Source: the human T2T-CHM13v2.0 reference genome, Homo sapiens
Length of the DNA: 64,000 nt
Direction: 5' to 3' (one strand)
Assembly (NCBI RefSeq): GCF_009914755.1
Contig: NC_060946.1
Positions within the stretch are counted from its first letter, which is position 1; each line of letters opens with the position of its first letter. The notes beneath the pieces are model-generated. The model saw only the letters and a program-made list of their open reading frames with translations. It ran no database searches and was not told the DNA's origin. The position numbers were made by a program, and so were the translations under genes. Below are positions 13,599-23,718 of the stretch, in pieces.

Positions 13599-13984
13599 CT
13601 GTAGATGGGGTAAGGTGGGGCATGAGGGGCGCTCTGAGGGAGGCCCTGTAGGAGCAGATCTCCCTCTCAGCCCAGACACAGGGGACTCGTGGGACAGGGG
13701 CTTTGGGAGACAGCCCCCACCCACCCTGTCCTGGAGATCCAGGCTGGTGCCAGCTCTCACCAACACCCTGCCAACTCTCCAGACTCCCCTCCACTTGTGG
13801 GTCAGAGCCCCTGGCTGAGCACTAATCCCTCTCTAGCTGCCCTGTACCTCACCCTCTAAGCACCCCTAAACCAAATATCTCTCCTCCACCCAGCACCATC
13901 TACACCCCATAAAACCAGCAGGCCCACTTCAGGCCTTGGTCCCCTCCCGGCACAGAAAACCAACCACACTGCATCTGCACTCAC

Positions 13985-14038
13985 CTGGGCCCAGCGCATC
14001 CATGGGGATCACATCCCGGCTGCCAGTTTTCTCGCCCT
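13985..14038 (-). CDS. ARVCF: ARVCF exon 17
   Basis: Translates EGEKTGSRDVIPMDALGP. Flanked by ttgcag| and |gtgagt; phase 1-1. Confidence 0.92.
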
Positions 14039-14363
14039 CTGCAAGGCAGGAGGAGGAGGCGGGCTGCATGTGGCAGCCAGGGGGGATCGGGGCAGAGAAG
14101 CCCACACAGGGCTGGCCCAGGTAGCCCTAGAGGCTCTCTGTCACTAAGGTGCCCAACCTCTGCCAGCTGGCAGCCTCACCCCAGCTTGACAACAGCGCGG
14201 ATGCTGTGGGAAGGGAGTAGCCAAGAGGCAGAGGGCAGGGAAAATGGCCTATGGAAGCCGTCTCAGTGGGAGGCCTGACTCCTCCTTCACCCTCACCCAA
14301 GGGTCAGGCAACTGGGGCAGCTGGGGTCGCCACCCTCTAGGCTCCCTAAGCTCCACCACTCAC

Positions 14364-14454
14364 CAAGGCTCTTGTCCACCAGTGGCAGCGTGCTGTCATC
14401 GAAGCCCCCAGGACTCAGTGCTCCCTTAGGCCCCTTGGCAGTAGCAGCAGCTGA
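14364..14454 (-). CDS. ARVCF: ARVCF exon 16
   Basis: Translates SAAATAKGPKGALSPGGFDDSTLPLVDKSL. AG/GT flanks. Confidence 0.93.
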
Positions 14455-14551
14455 CTGAGACATAAAACACAGACACAGGGTGGGTGAAGCACATGGAGTG
14501 GGAATAAGGCAAAGTGAGCAGGGAATGGAAGGAAGGCCAGGGAAGCCGCAC

Positions 14552-14663
14552 CTGGAAGCGCGCCTTGGTCCAACCATCTTTCTGCAAGGTACCACGCAGC
14601 TCCTTGTAGCTCCACACTGTCTGCAGCACGTGTGACGCCGCCTTCGCTTCGCGTACCGATTGG
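14552..14663 (-). CDS. ARVCF: ARVCF exon 15
   Basis: Translates QSVREAKAASHVLQTVWSYKELRGTLQKDGWTKARFQ. Confidence 0.93.
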
Positions 14664-14745
14664 CTGTGGGGCCGGGGGCGGGGTCAGTGGTGGCCCCTCC
14701 CCCACCTCCCCGGCTCCCCAAGCCACCGACCCCGCCCCTCCACAC

Positions 14746-14944
14746 CTGGAGGCCACGAGAGCCACCAACGCTGGCACCCCGCGTGCCTGCAGGAGCGAGC
14801 GCGCGTTATCCAGGCTGTCGGACACGATTTCGTGGATGGTGTTGAGCACCGCCACCACGGTGTCTTCCTCCAGGCAGGCCCCCGGTCGCGGCGGAGCCTG
14901 TGCATTGCGCACATTCCGCACAAGCTCAGCCATGGCGTAGCTCC
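14746..14944 (-). CDS. ARVCF: ARVCF exon 14 (ARM repeats)
   Basis: Translates SYAMAELVRNVRNAQAPPRPGACLEEDTVVAVLNTIHEIVSDSLDNARSLLQARGVPALVALVAS. Confidence 0.95.
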
Positions 14945-15270
14945 CTGAGGGGCAGGACTAGGTGTCAGAACACACCTCTGCCCCACCTCTCCAGGAAGGA
15001 GCAGGGATCCCGCGAGGGCGAGGGGCACTGCCAGGAGAGCCCCTGGAGACCGCCTGTGTGCAGGCGGTCACAGGAGCCCCTGTGAGCAGGGCGCTGAGCT
15101 TCAGAGACAGCGCCGGGGGGGACTGGAGCTACCTCCAGTTGGGACAGCGCCCAAGCGAGAGGGCCGGGGCCTGGACTCCCAAACCACTCATCCTCCAAGC
15201 CCCTCCGATGGGACCCCAAAGCTGCAGGCACAGTTCGGTGCCCAGGCGTGGGCTTTGCAGGCGTCCTCAC

Positions 15271-15421
15271 CGATGAGGTCTTTGTTGCGCCGGTCCAGCG
15301 AGAGGTTGCGCAGAGCGATGGCGACGGCGCGCACCACCTTGTCGGTCTCAGACTGCAGCAGTTCCACAAGCACCGGCAGCCCGCGCTCTTTGCGCACTGT
15401 GGCGCGGATGTACGTGGCCCA
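15271..15421 (-). CDS. ARVCF: ARVCF exon 13 (ARM repeat)
   Basis: Translates [50 protein letters not shown]. Confidence 0.95.
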
Positions 15422-15739
15422 CTGCGGAGGCGGGGAGAGGGTTGCTCAGACATACATGCCAGGCACTCTCCCACCTCCAGACGCTGACCGCTCTCTCCAG
15501 CTGGACCTTCCTGCTCCCGTGCCCGACAAAGCCCTACCCCAAAAGCTCAACGGCACCTCCACCGAGGTTTTCCCACCGTCCAGGGTGCACGCATTGCCCG
15601 CAGCCCATACACCTCTTGGATCCTGGGGTGGTGGTGTGGCCCCTCCTTTCCCCGCCAGCCGAGGCAGGAGCTGCACCAGTGAGGTGCCTGGGATTCCCTC
15701 TCTCAGGACTTGCCCACCCTGCCCGACCTGGTCCCTCAC

Positions 15740-15867
15740 CATCCAGTTGCCGGCACTGAGGTTCTGCAGAGCGCCGGCGGCAGCCTCCAGGGTGTTGAAG
15801 TTCCGGCTCTCCGTGAGGAGGGAGAGGTAGAGACGTACCACCTCGGGCTGGTACAGCAGCTCAAAGC
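15740..15867 (-). CDS. ARVCF: ARVCF exon 12 (ARM repeat)
   Basis: Translates GFELLYQPEVVRLYLSLLTESRNFNTLEAAAGALQNLSAGNWM. Confidence 0.95.
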
Positions 15868-16149
15868 CTAGGTGCAGGGCAACCGCCACCCACGGTCACC
15901 CAGAATCTGCTCTCATCCATCATACCCCTCCCGCTTCCCGCTTCAGAGCTCCCAGGGCGTGGGTGAGCTGGGGCCAGGGATGGGTGTGGATGAGTCACGT
16001 AATATTTACTATCAACATATAGTCACCCAAGGGGAAAAGCGTTCCCATTTCACAGAGGAGCAAACTGAGGCTCAAATCAGTTGGACCTGCCTGGCAGCAG
16101 GAGCATCCAGGAGGCCTGGGGTGGGGAGGGAGGTGTCAACCAGGAACGC

Positions 16150-16490
16150 TCTCCTAGCAACAAGACCCGCATTTCCCGGTAGGTCCCTGAAGCTATGCAT
16201 CCTGGCCACGCCCCTGGTAATAGGGCCCACCCTCCCTGGCAACAAGACCAGCATTGGCCAGTAACTGAGAGTTGTATAACCAAGGCCACACCCCTAGCAA
16301 GAGGACCTGCTTTCACCAGTAACTGAAGCTGTGCAGAGAGCTACGCCCCCTAGCAACAGGGCCCACCCTCCCCCACTGACAATAGAGCCCACCCTCTGTA
16401 AGTCAACTGATGCAGTGCAACCAGGGCAGCTGCCCTAGCAACAGGAGGCACTCTTCCTGGCAACCACTCCAAGTTCCCGGGCAATTGAGG
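16150..16490. promoter_or_regulatory. Degenerate array of RFX-like half sites (CCTRGCAAC) with GCCACRCCC boxes
   Basis: CCTAGCAAC at 16153, 16349 and 16434; CCTGGCAAC at 16235 and 16456; plus several variants, all in the same orientation. Confidence 0.5.
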
Positions 16491-17313
16491 CGCCGTCCTG
16501 CTGCTCTGCCCAGTGCTCCAGAAATGAGGGGTCAAAACAGCCTTCCAAGCTTGCCTGTCTCCAAACTGGGGCTTCAGCCTGGCTTGGGTACTACCTCGAT
16601 CTCCCCTGTACCCACCCAGTGACATTTCATCACACCCTCGCCAGTCCTCATGCCCCATGCTCCCTCTACTCCTGCCCTGCTGGGCTTTCTGCTCCAACAC
16701 ACTCCAAGCACACTCCCCGCTGGGGTATCTGCATCAGCCCTGCTCTGCCTGTAATACTCCCCCACAGCCCTCCTGCGGCTGGAGCCCTCCACCCTGGTGA
16801 CATGCAGGCTCTTCCAACTGGCTAGGCCCCACCAGGACAGACCTCTCTCTCAAGCCAGATCCCAGCATACAGCTCAATAGGCACTGCCCTGCCCCTGCAG
16901 GTGTTCGTCTGGCCCAGCCTCTGAACCTGGATGTGAGCATGCCCGCCTGGCTCCCAGCCCCCTCAGATAACTCAGCTTTGTGGCTAACACAGGAGGCCCT
17001 GCCTCCACTGGAGGCGTCCCTCCAAACCTTCCCACCTCTTACGCACCGTGAGGCCGAGCAAGCCCTCGGCCTCTCTGTGCCTGTCTCCCCCAACCTTGCC
17101 TGACATGACCCATGGCACTTCCTCCCATTCTAAACCCTCAGCAGGTGTCCTGGTGCTGAATCACCCTCCAGGAAATCCTGCACCTAGGGGCCTGTTTCCC
17201 CATCTGTTCCCTGAGGCCCTCCAGGCCTGCTTGATGGCTCAAAGCTTCACTACCAGGGCAATCCTGAGCCCAGACATCCCCCAGTGGAGCTGGCTTCATC
17301 TCAGCCCACTCAC

Positions 17314-17385
17314 CTTTGGCGGCCTCAGTTCGCTTGGGCAGGTCTAGCGTGTCAAAGTTCCGGTCCATCTCACCATCCTTCTTTC
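17314..17385 (-). CDS. ARVCF: ARVCF exon 11
   Basis: Translates GKKDGEMDRNFDTLDLPKRTEAAK. AG/GT flanks. Confidence 0.94.
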
Positions 17386-18333
17386 CTGGAAGGGAAAGGT
17401 GGTGGGAGGTGAGGCAGACCCCATATGGGGAATGGGTGTATCAGGAGAGTTGGGCACAGTTCTCTCCTACCCAGGCCCCAAAAGGCACCCCCATGTCCAG
17501 GCCTGGGCACCTGTGGGAGTGGAGCACCGTTGTCAGAGTTTGGGCAGACAGTTTAGCCTAGGGGTAGGAGTTGGTGGCAGTGGGGCCTGGGGATGTCCCA
17601 GCCCTGCCCCTAGGACTCATCTCCCACCAGGTGCTGGGAGCTGTACCACAGACCCTCCCGGTGGCTCCCTTGCAACTGCCAGGTATGTAGACTGAGGGAA
17701 GCCAGGAGCCCTGGCTGGATGGTAGGTGGATACAAGCCAAGAAACTGAAGGCTGACCAGGACAAGACTCATTTGGGTCACACAGTAAGGCAGAACTAGGG
17801 GGAAACTCCCCCAGCTGGGGTCAGGACATTGTCCCAGGATCTACTAGCCAGGAGAAACCCCACAGCAGCCCACCTAACATTTGTGTAGCCCTGGCTTGCA
17901 CACGTCTGTGACAGTGAGCCCACTGTCAACCACTCTCCCCATGTCAGATGATGCTTCTACCCCTTCAGAAGGCAGCAGAGTGGAGCCAGATGACCTGGGG
18001 TCCCTGCCCTGCTCACCCTCATGGGACCCTTGTATCCCTCCGAGCCACATGATGCCCCATTCTATCAGAGAAACAGACTGCTCCTTGGTGCCCCTAGAGA
18101 TAAGTACCCCCGGGCCCTGCCCACTCTTGGCTCTGCCCAACTCTGCCCAGGTAGGCAAGTCTGAGGTTACAGAATGAGCCCCGTGGCCTTCCCACCTGCC
18201 ACTGTCATAAAGATGGCAGCCCGAGTGATGAAGCCAGGGGTGGGGCAGGGCCCTGGGGCTGGAACGTGCTCGCCTCTTCCCAGGTACCCACTGCACACGC
18301 CAGGCCTGGAGAGCAGGATAAAAAGGGACTCAC

Positions 18334-18351
18334 CTTGGTGGAACCACTCCT
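18334..18351 (-). CDS. ARVCF: ARVCF exon 10, 18-nt microexon (EEWFHQ)
   Basis: Long CT tract plus cccag| and |gtgagt. Frame-preserving, and needed to reach 962 aa. Confidence 0.88.
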
Positions 18352-19041
18352 CTGGGAGGCCGGAGGAAGCAGAGGAGAGAGGAGAGGAGCCTGAACAGGC
18401 AGCACTCATCACCCCCCCATGCCCTCCCGGAAGCCTCAGGTTCCCACTGCACACCCTGGATCAAGCAGGCAGCATGTGGAACCTCATCCCATCACTTCTG
18501 GGCACTGAGCACCCACCAGGGGGACAAGAAGAGGGAGGCCTGGGGTCAGTGGGGCAGGGGCAGGTGGCGTACAGGTCCCCCACAGCTGCTGGGGAGGTCC
18601 TGGGAACCTACACCCTGCTAGTGCAGTAGAGAAGGTGTGCAGGGCATCTTGCCCAGGCAGATGGGGGCTGCCCCACAGGTTGGTGGCAGTCTACAGCTAT
18701 TCTGTGAACAGTGAGCAGGCAGCAGCCATGGCTCCTTCCCAACTCATGGGCAAGTGGAACTCTCCCCGGAGTAGAAAGACTGGGTCTGGGCATTGGTTGG
18801 TTTCCCTTGTGTACTCCCTGGGGGTCCCACAGTGTAGATGGGGAAGGTTGGACCTGGGTCCCATCAACCATGTGACCCAGGGCAGTCCAGCCTCCTTGAC
18901 TCCTGGCTTCCCTGCCTGCCTGTTGGGGGCTGACCAGGTGTCCTCTAGCCTCCATGATGGGCTGCTGTGGGTGTACAGAGAGCCTTCCGCTGGGGCAGGA
19001 GTTGAGATGGTAGAGATGATACCCCAGTCCGCCCCACCCAC

Positions 19042-19213
19042 CTTTGGCCTTCTTGCCTCCAAAGCAGCTGGCATCATCCCGCCTCCGGCGCTGGGAGCCT
19101 ACAGCACTGCCCAGGGGCCCGGGCTCGGCCTCCTGGTACCTGTCGGCCCCGGGCACCTCCTTGTGCACGTGGTAGGACAGGTTCCGCATGATGCACACGC
19201 AGTTCTCCACCGA
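19042..19213 (-). CDS. ARVCF: ARVCF exon 9
   Basis: Translates SVENCVCIMRNLSYHVHKEVPGADRYQEAEPGPLGSAVGSQRRRRDDASCFGGKKAK. Confidence 0.95.
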
Positions 19214-19584
19214 CTGCAGGGAGAGGTGAGTGGGTGGGGCAGGGCACCCTAGGCACAGGGCTGGCCCTCAGGAAAGACTGGCCACAGCTGGTGTGCATGA
19301 GGGCACCGGGAGCAAAGGAACAGGGAGTCCTCAGTGGAGGGGAGCAAAAGGGCGGTAACCGCCAGGAAGGGTCCATGGGAGGAAGCCTCTGCCCTCACGG
19401 CACACCTTCTGCCTGCAGGACGGTGCCCACTTCAGTGTGGTCACTGCGAGGCGGGCCACACCCAGAACGCCACCCCAGACCCACAAGCCCATTCCCCTGT
19501 GCTGCTCCCACAGTTCCAGCCTCCTGGGACCTGCATGATCGTCTCTCCAGCCCTTGGTATGAGGCTGTGACCGTCCCTGCCCAC

Positions 19585-19702
19585 CTTGTTGTCAGTGTCC
19601 TTCCGGCCCACAGCCGACTGCAGGGCATGCAGGAGCGCGTCCACCAGCCCTTCACACTCCCGGAGTCGCCGCCGGGCCTCAGCACCATCGGAGCTCACAT
19701 TC
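19585..19702 (-). CDS. ARVCF: ARVCF exon 8
   Basis: Translates [39 protein letters not shown]. Confidence 0.95.
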
Positions 19703-20523
19703 CTGTGTGGCCAAGAGCAGGCCAGGTGACCCCTGGCTACCAGAAACTCCCTGGCTCCACCCTGGCCTTGTGGGCTTGTCTTCATCTGCAAAATAGGCCC
19801 TGCTGCTGCCCTCCTAGCACTAATGGGAAAGGACCCCACAGTCTGGAGCTCAGTGAAGGGGGAGAAGCTAACTGCCCCCAGGCCTCAGGAGGGGAGCCCT
19901 GGCAGACAACTATCTTGGCTGGGGATAGCTGGGCAGGGAAAGACAGGGTTTCCCTGCCTCCCAGCTGACCTGGAAAGGGACAGGTGCACTCTCAGAGAGA
20001 CCTGAACCTGTGCAAGGGCAATTCTGGGTCCCTCGCCACCCCAATGGCAGCTCTGGGCCCCACCTTACCCCAAGGTCAAGAGCCTGCAGGGCTGCGCGGG
20101 AACACCCTGATGGACAAGCAGGACTGTGGGGACCCAGGACTCTGTGGGGTCAGCAGGGCCTCCCAGGGGTAGGAGGGGAAGGGCAGAGGTCACAGGTGGC
20201 TGGGATGAGCCTCCCAGGCAGATGAACAGGAAGGTCCCAGCTCCCCCTCTGGCTGTCAAGTGATGGGAAGGTAGGTGAGAGCTGGGCAGGGCTACGGTAC
20301 CACAGAGACCCCTCCAGAGGGTGCCCCTGGGAAGACTGGGACACCACTTGGGGGTGAGGACAGCTCCATCAGGCCCCACTTCTCATCCACAGGACTTGTG
20401 CCACAGCTCTGAAGCTCCTAAGCTCTGGCGCTCCTAAGCTCGCCGCCATCTTCCACACTATCTGGGACCACGAGGACGGGGCCTGGTGTGCATGTGGGCT
20501 TTAGCACCAGGTCTGGTCCACAC

Positions 20524-20707
20524 CTCAGGCAGCCCGACGTGTTCTTGAAGACAGTTGTCCACTCGGCGTCCCGTGGCTTGGAGTCCTCGTTGGGCTCACG
20601 CTCCCATCCTGAGTGGGGCACGATCACCTCGTGGGTCAGCGTCTGCAGGCCATGGTCAATGATGACCATCTTCAGGGGCTCATAGGATGACAGGTTCCAC
20701 AGGGTGC
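20524..20707 (-). CDS. ARVCF: ARVCF exon 7
   Basis: Translates GTLWNLSSYEPLKMVIIDHGLQTLTHEVIVPHSGWEREPNEDSKPRDAEWTTVFKNTSGCLR. Confidence 0.95.
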
Positions 20708-21369
20708 CTGTGGGGTGCGATTGGCCAATCTGTGCTGACCATATGCACCGCCTGCCTACCTCCCCAGGTGGCCACGCTCAGGACCTGTCCCACTCTCCTC
20801 ATGTCCCAGCTCATGCAGAACAGTAGGAAGTAACAAAAGCCGTGAGTGGTTCCGGGGGACACCCAGTACTGGTTTCCAGCTAGGAAGGAGCCCCAAAGGG
20901 GAGGAGGTGCAGAGGAGGGTGTGGCAGTGCTGTCCCGTCCCACCCATTCCCTGCCATGTGGCAGGTGGCACTAACACTCCTGAGGCCACAGGGCCTCACA
21001 GAGACACGGTGACCCTACCTGTCCCTCAGCTCTCACAAGGCACAAGCCCCACCACTGCACGGTTGGGGTGGGAACCAAGGAGGTGGGTCCCAGGAGAGTT
21101 TCTGTGGGGGCAGGAGGTGTGAAGGCAGGAGGTGAGGGGACATGCCCGAGGGGCGCAGCGTCAGCCTCCCTGCTATGGTAGAGACTGGGGAACCTGTCAC
21201 AGTGTCTGGGCCTGATGCCTGGCTCCTGGGGCAAGCGTCTCAGCAGCTGCACTCCTGCCTACCGGGTGCTTTCCCAGGCGGTCGCAGGCCGAGTGGCCTC
21301 GTTCCTCCCGGGTTGAGCCTCACACTCTTCTCTTCCCAGGGGATGTGAGCATGGCCAGGTCCCACTCAC

Positions 21370-21869
21370 CAGTGACAAGCTCACGGACCTCGTTGTCCCG
21401 GGCAGCCCTCAGCAGGCGCACCAGGGCAGGCACACCACCGCAGTCCCGGATGGCGGCCTTGTTGTCAGTGTCGCGGCCATAGGAGAGGTTGCGCAGTGCC
21501 CCACAGGCCCGGCGCCGCACCTCAGCCCGCGGGTGGTCCAGCAGTGCCACAAGCAGCGGCAGCCCCCGCAACTGCCGTACACGCCGCTTGACACCCTCGT
21601 TCTCAAAGCACAGATGCTGCAGGTAGGCGGCCGCATTGGCCTTCACGGGGTCCACGGGGTGCCGCAGCATGGCCAGCACCTCAGGCAGCTCAGGGTCCCG
21701 CCAGCGCGGCTCCTTGCGGGCGCTATCCACTGAGGGCGAGCGCCGCACCAGCCGGTCCAGGCTGCCCATGCTGCCCCGTTCAGGCTGGGCCAGGGGCGCC
21801 GTCACCATTGGGAACGCAGGCCGCTCGTCCGCCAGCTCGCCGCCATCATCTGCTGTGTCCTCGTAGGCC
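21370..21869 (-). CDS. ARVCF: ARVCF exon 6 (start of ARM domain)
   Basis: Translates [10 protein letters not shown]...[76 protein letters not shown]... Confidence 0.96.
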
Positions 21870-22837
21870 CTGCACAGGCAAGTGGGGCGCGTGGACATCG
21901 TCACAGCAGCCGCCAGCCCTGCCTCTGAGCTGCCCCATCACACCTTCTTCAGGACTGCAAACTCACCCAGCAGCGCTGGGCTGAGAGCACCTGTATCTTG
22001 GCCCGGAGCATGGTGGGGACACAGAGAGTCATGCACCAGCCCAGTGAGAACCAATTCAGAGCCAAATGCCAAACCCCAGCCAGCGGCTACCAGGACCCAG
22101 GCAACCCTCCCAGGACAGCAAACTCACTCACTGCTGTCACCGGGCAGTTTCCCAATCCCGAGCAAAACAAGTTTCTGTGAGACATCTGCTATGGCTGCTG
22201 GAGAGACCGTCTCACCTCCCTTCCACAAAACCACCCCATCTTCCATGAGGCCCATCTCTGGCTGTGCCAGGATGTAGGGGGAGTAAATGGCCCTCTCCGC
22301 ATGAAGCCATCCCAGTAGGACCACCTGAGGAGTATTCAGGCCACCAGCCCCTTGGGGCACAAGATCTCCTTAGCTCTCAGTAGCCCTGTGGGTTGCTGTC
22401 ATCAAACCGCCTGCCCTGAGGCTAGGAGTGACGGTCAGGTGACTTGGCCAGGGTCACACAACAAAATCCTGACCCGGGCTGTGGTCACATCCCCACTCCA
22501 GAGATGCAGAAACTGAGGGCAATGGGGACAGAACCAGGGGCTGTGACAAGGGCCAGGGCTCTGGGTTCTGGTTACCCAGAGTGTGGCTGGAGCAAGGCCA
22601 GTGGCCGGCACTCTTCCCAGCTTTCCTGGGCCCTGGGCCTGCAGGACAGTGCCCAGCCGAACTCCTACCACCCCAGGGTCCACCTTTCTTCTGTCCCTGA
22701 TGAGAGCCAAGGCCAATTCAAACTAACATGCATGACTAACTCAACTGCGCCACTTGACAAGTGGGGCACTCTGTAGTTGGGGGGTGGAGGGCAGACTTCC
22801 CAGAGGAGGTAGCCACAGGGGACGGGGTGCAGCTCAC

Positions 22838-23364
22838 CTGGTATGAAGGCCCCGCCCACACTCAGGCCTCCTCCTTGTGGCCGTGCCATAGTCAGGCTCC
22901 AGCTCAGGGCCACCCTCGTCATCAGCGGCCAGGCTGCGCGTGTCATCCTCCAAGCCATACGGCTCTGCCTGGAAGCGCTCGGGCAGGGAGCGGCCACCTG
23001 GTGGCCCAGGCTCAGGACCCACCGGGAAGGCTTCCCGGTGGCCAGGCAGTGTGAAGCAGCCATCACCAGGGCCTGGGCCAAGGGGGCCAGCACGTGGGGG
23101 CCGCATGCCCAGCCCTCGGGACAGGCTGCCATAGCTGGGGCTGTCCCGGGGCTCGGGGCCTTCGGGAAAGCCACCCCCACTGCTGAGGTAGGCTCGAGAG
23201 AGTGTGGCCACTGGGCCACCACCACGCAGCAGGAAATGCCGGTCCAGGGCACCATCTGCAAAAGGGCCTAGTGGGGGGCCGCCATCCAGCAGGGGGAGTC
23301 CATCTGGGCCCACGGGCACCTGGCGTACTGTCCGAGTGGTCACCGTCTTGACAGTCTTGGTGAC
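22838..23364 (-). CDS. ARVCF: ARVCF exon 5
   Basis: Translates VTKTVKTVTTRTVRQVPVGPDGLPLL...GRGLHTR. AG/GT flanks. Confidence 0.95.
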
Positions 23365-23559
23365 CTGGTGGATGGATAGGCAGGTAGGTGGGGTAGCACG
23401 AGAGGCCTAGAAACTGCTTTGCTGGGGTCTGGCTGGCCTTAATTTCCCACTCGAGCAATGAGAGGCCCCACGTGGCAAGCTTCCATGTCCACTCTGCAGG
23501 TGGGACAGCTGCAGCAGCCTGGCCCTGCTCACCCACCCACTGCCTGGGCCTGGCCATAC

Positions 23560-23718
23560 CTTGGTCTCGGTGCGCCGGGTTGTGCCATCTTCGGATGTGA
23601 CAATAGACACATGGGAAGTGGGTGTGCCGGGGTCCTCCTCCACCGTCACGGTCTCCTCCAGCACATCAGGTGCCTCCGGCATCGTGGCCAGTGAGGCCTG
23701 GCTGCCTGGGCTCTGCTC
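23560..23718 (-). CDS. ARVCF: ARVCF exon 4
   Basis: Translates EQSPGSQASLATMPEAPDVLEETVTVEEDPGTPTSHVSIVTSEDGTTRRTETK. Confidence 0.95.

Noticed and set aside
16030-16090. Recurrent GAAACTGAGGC motifs across the window (e.g. about 16060, 22510, 24607, 25267, 26505) as a novel dispersed repeat
   Set aside because: This is the core of ancient MIR SINEs.
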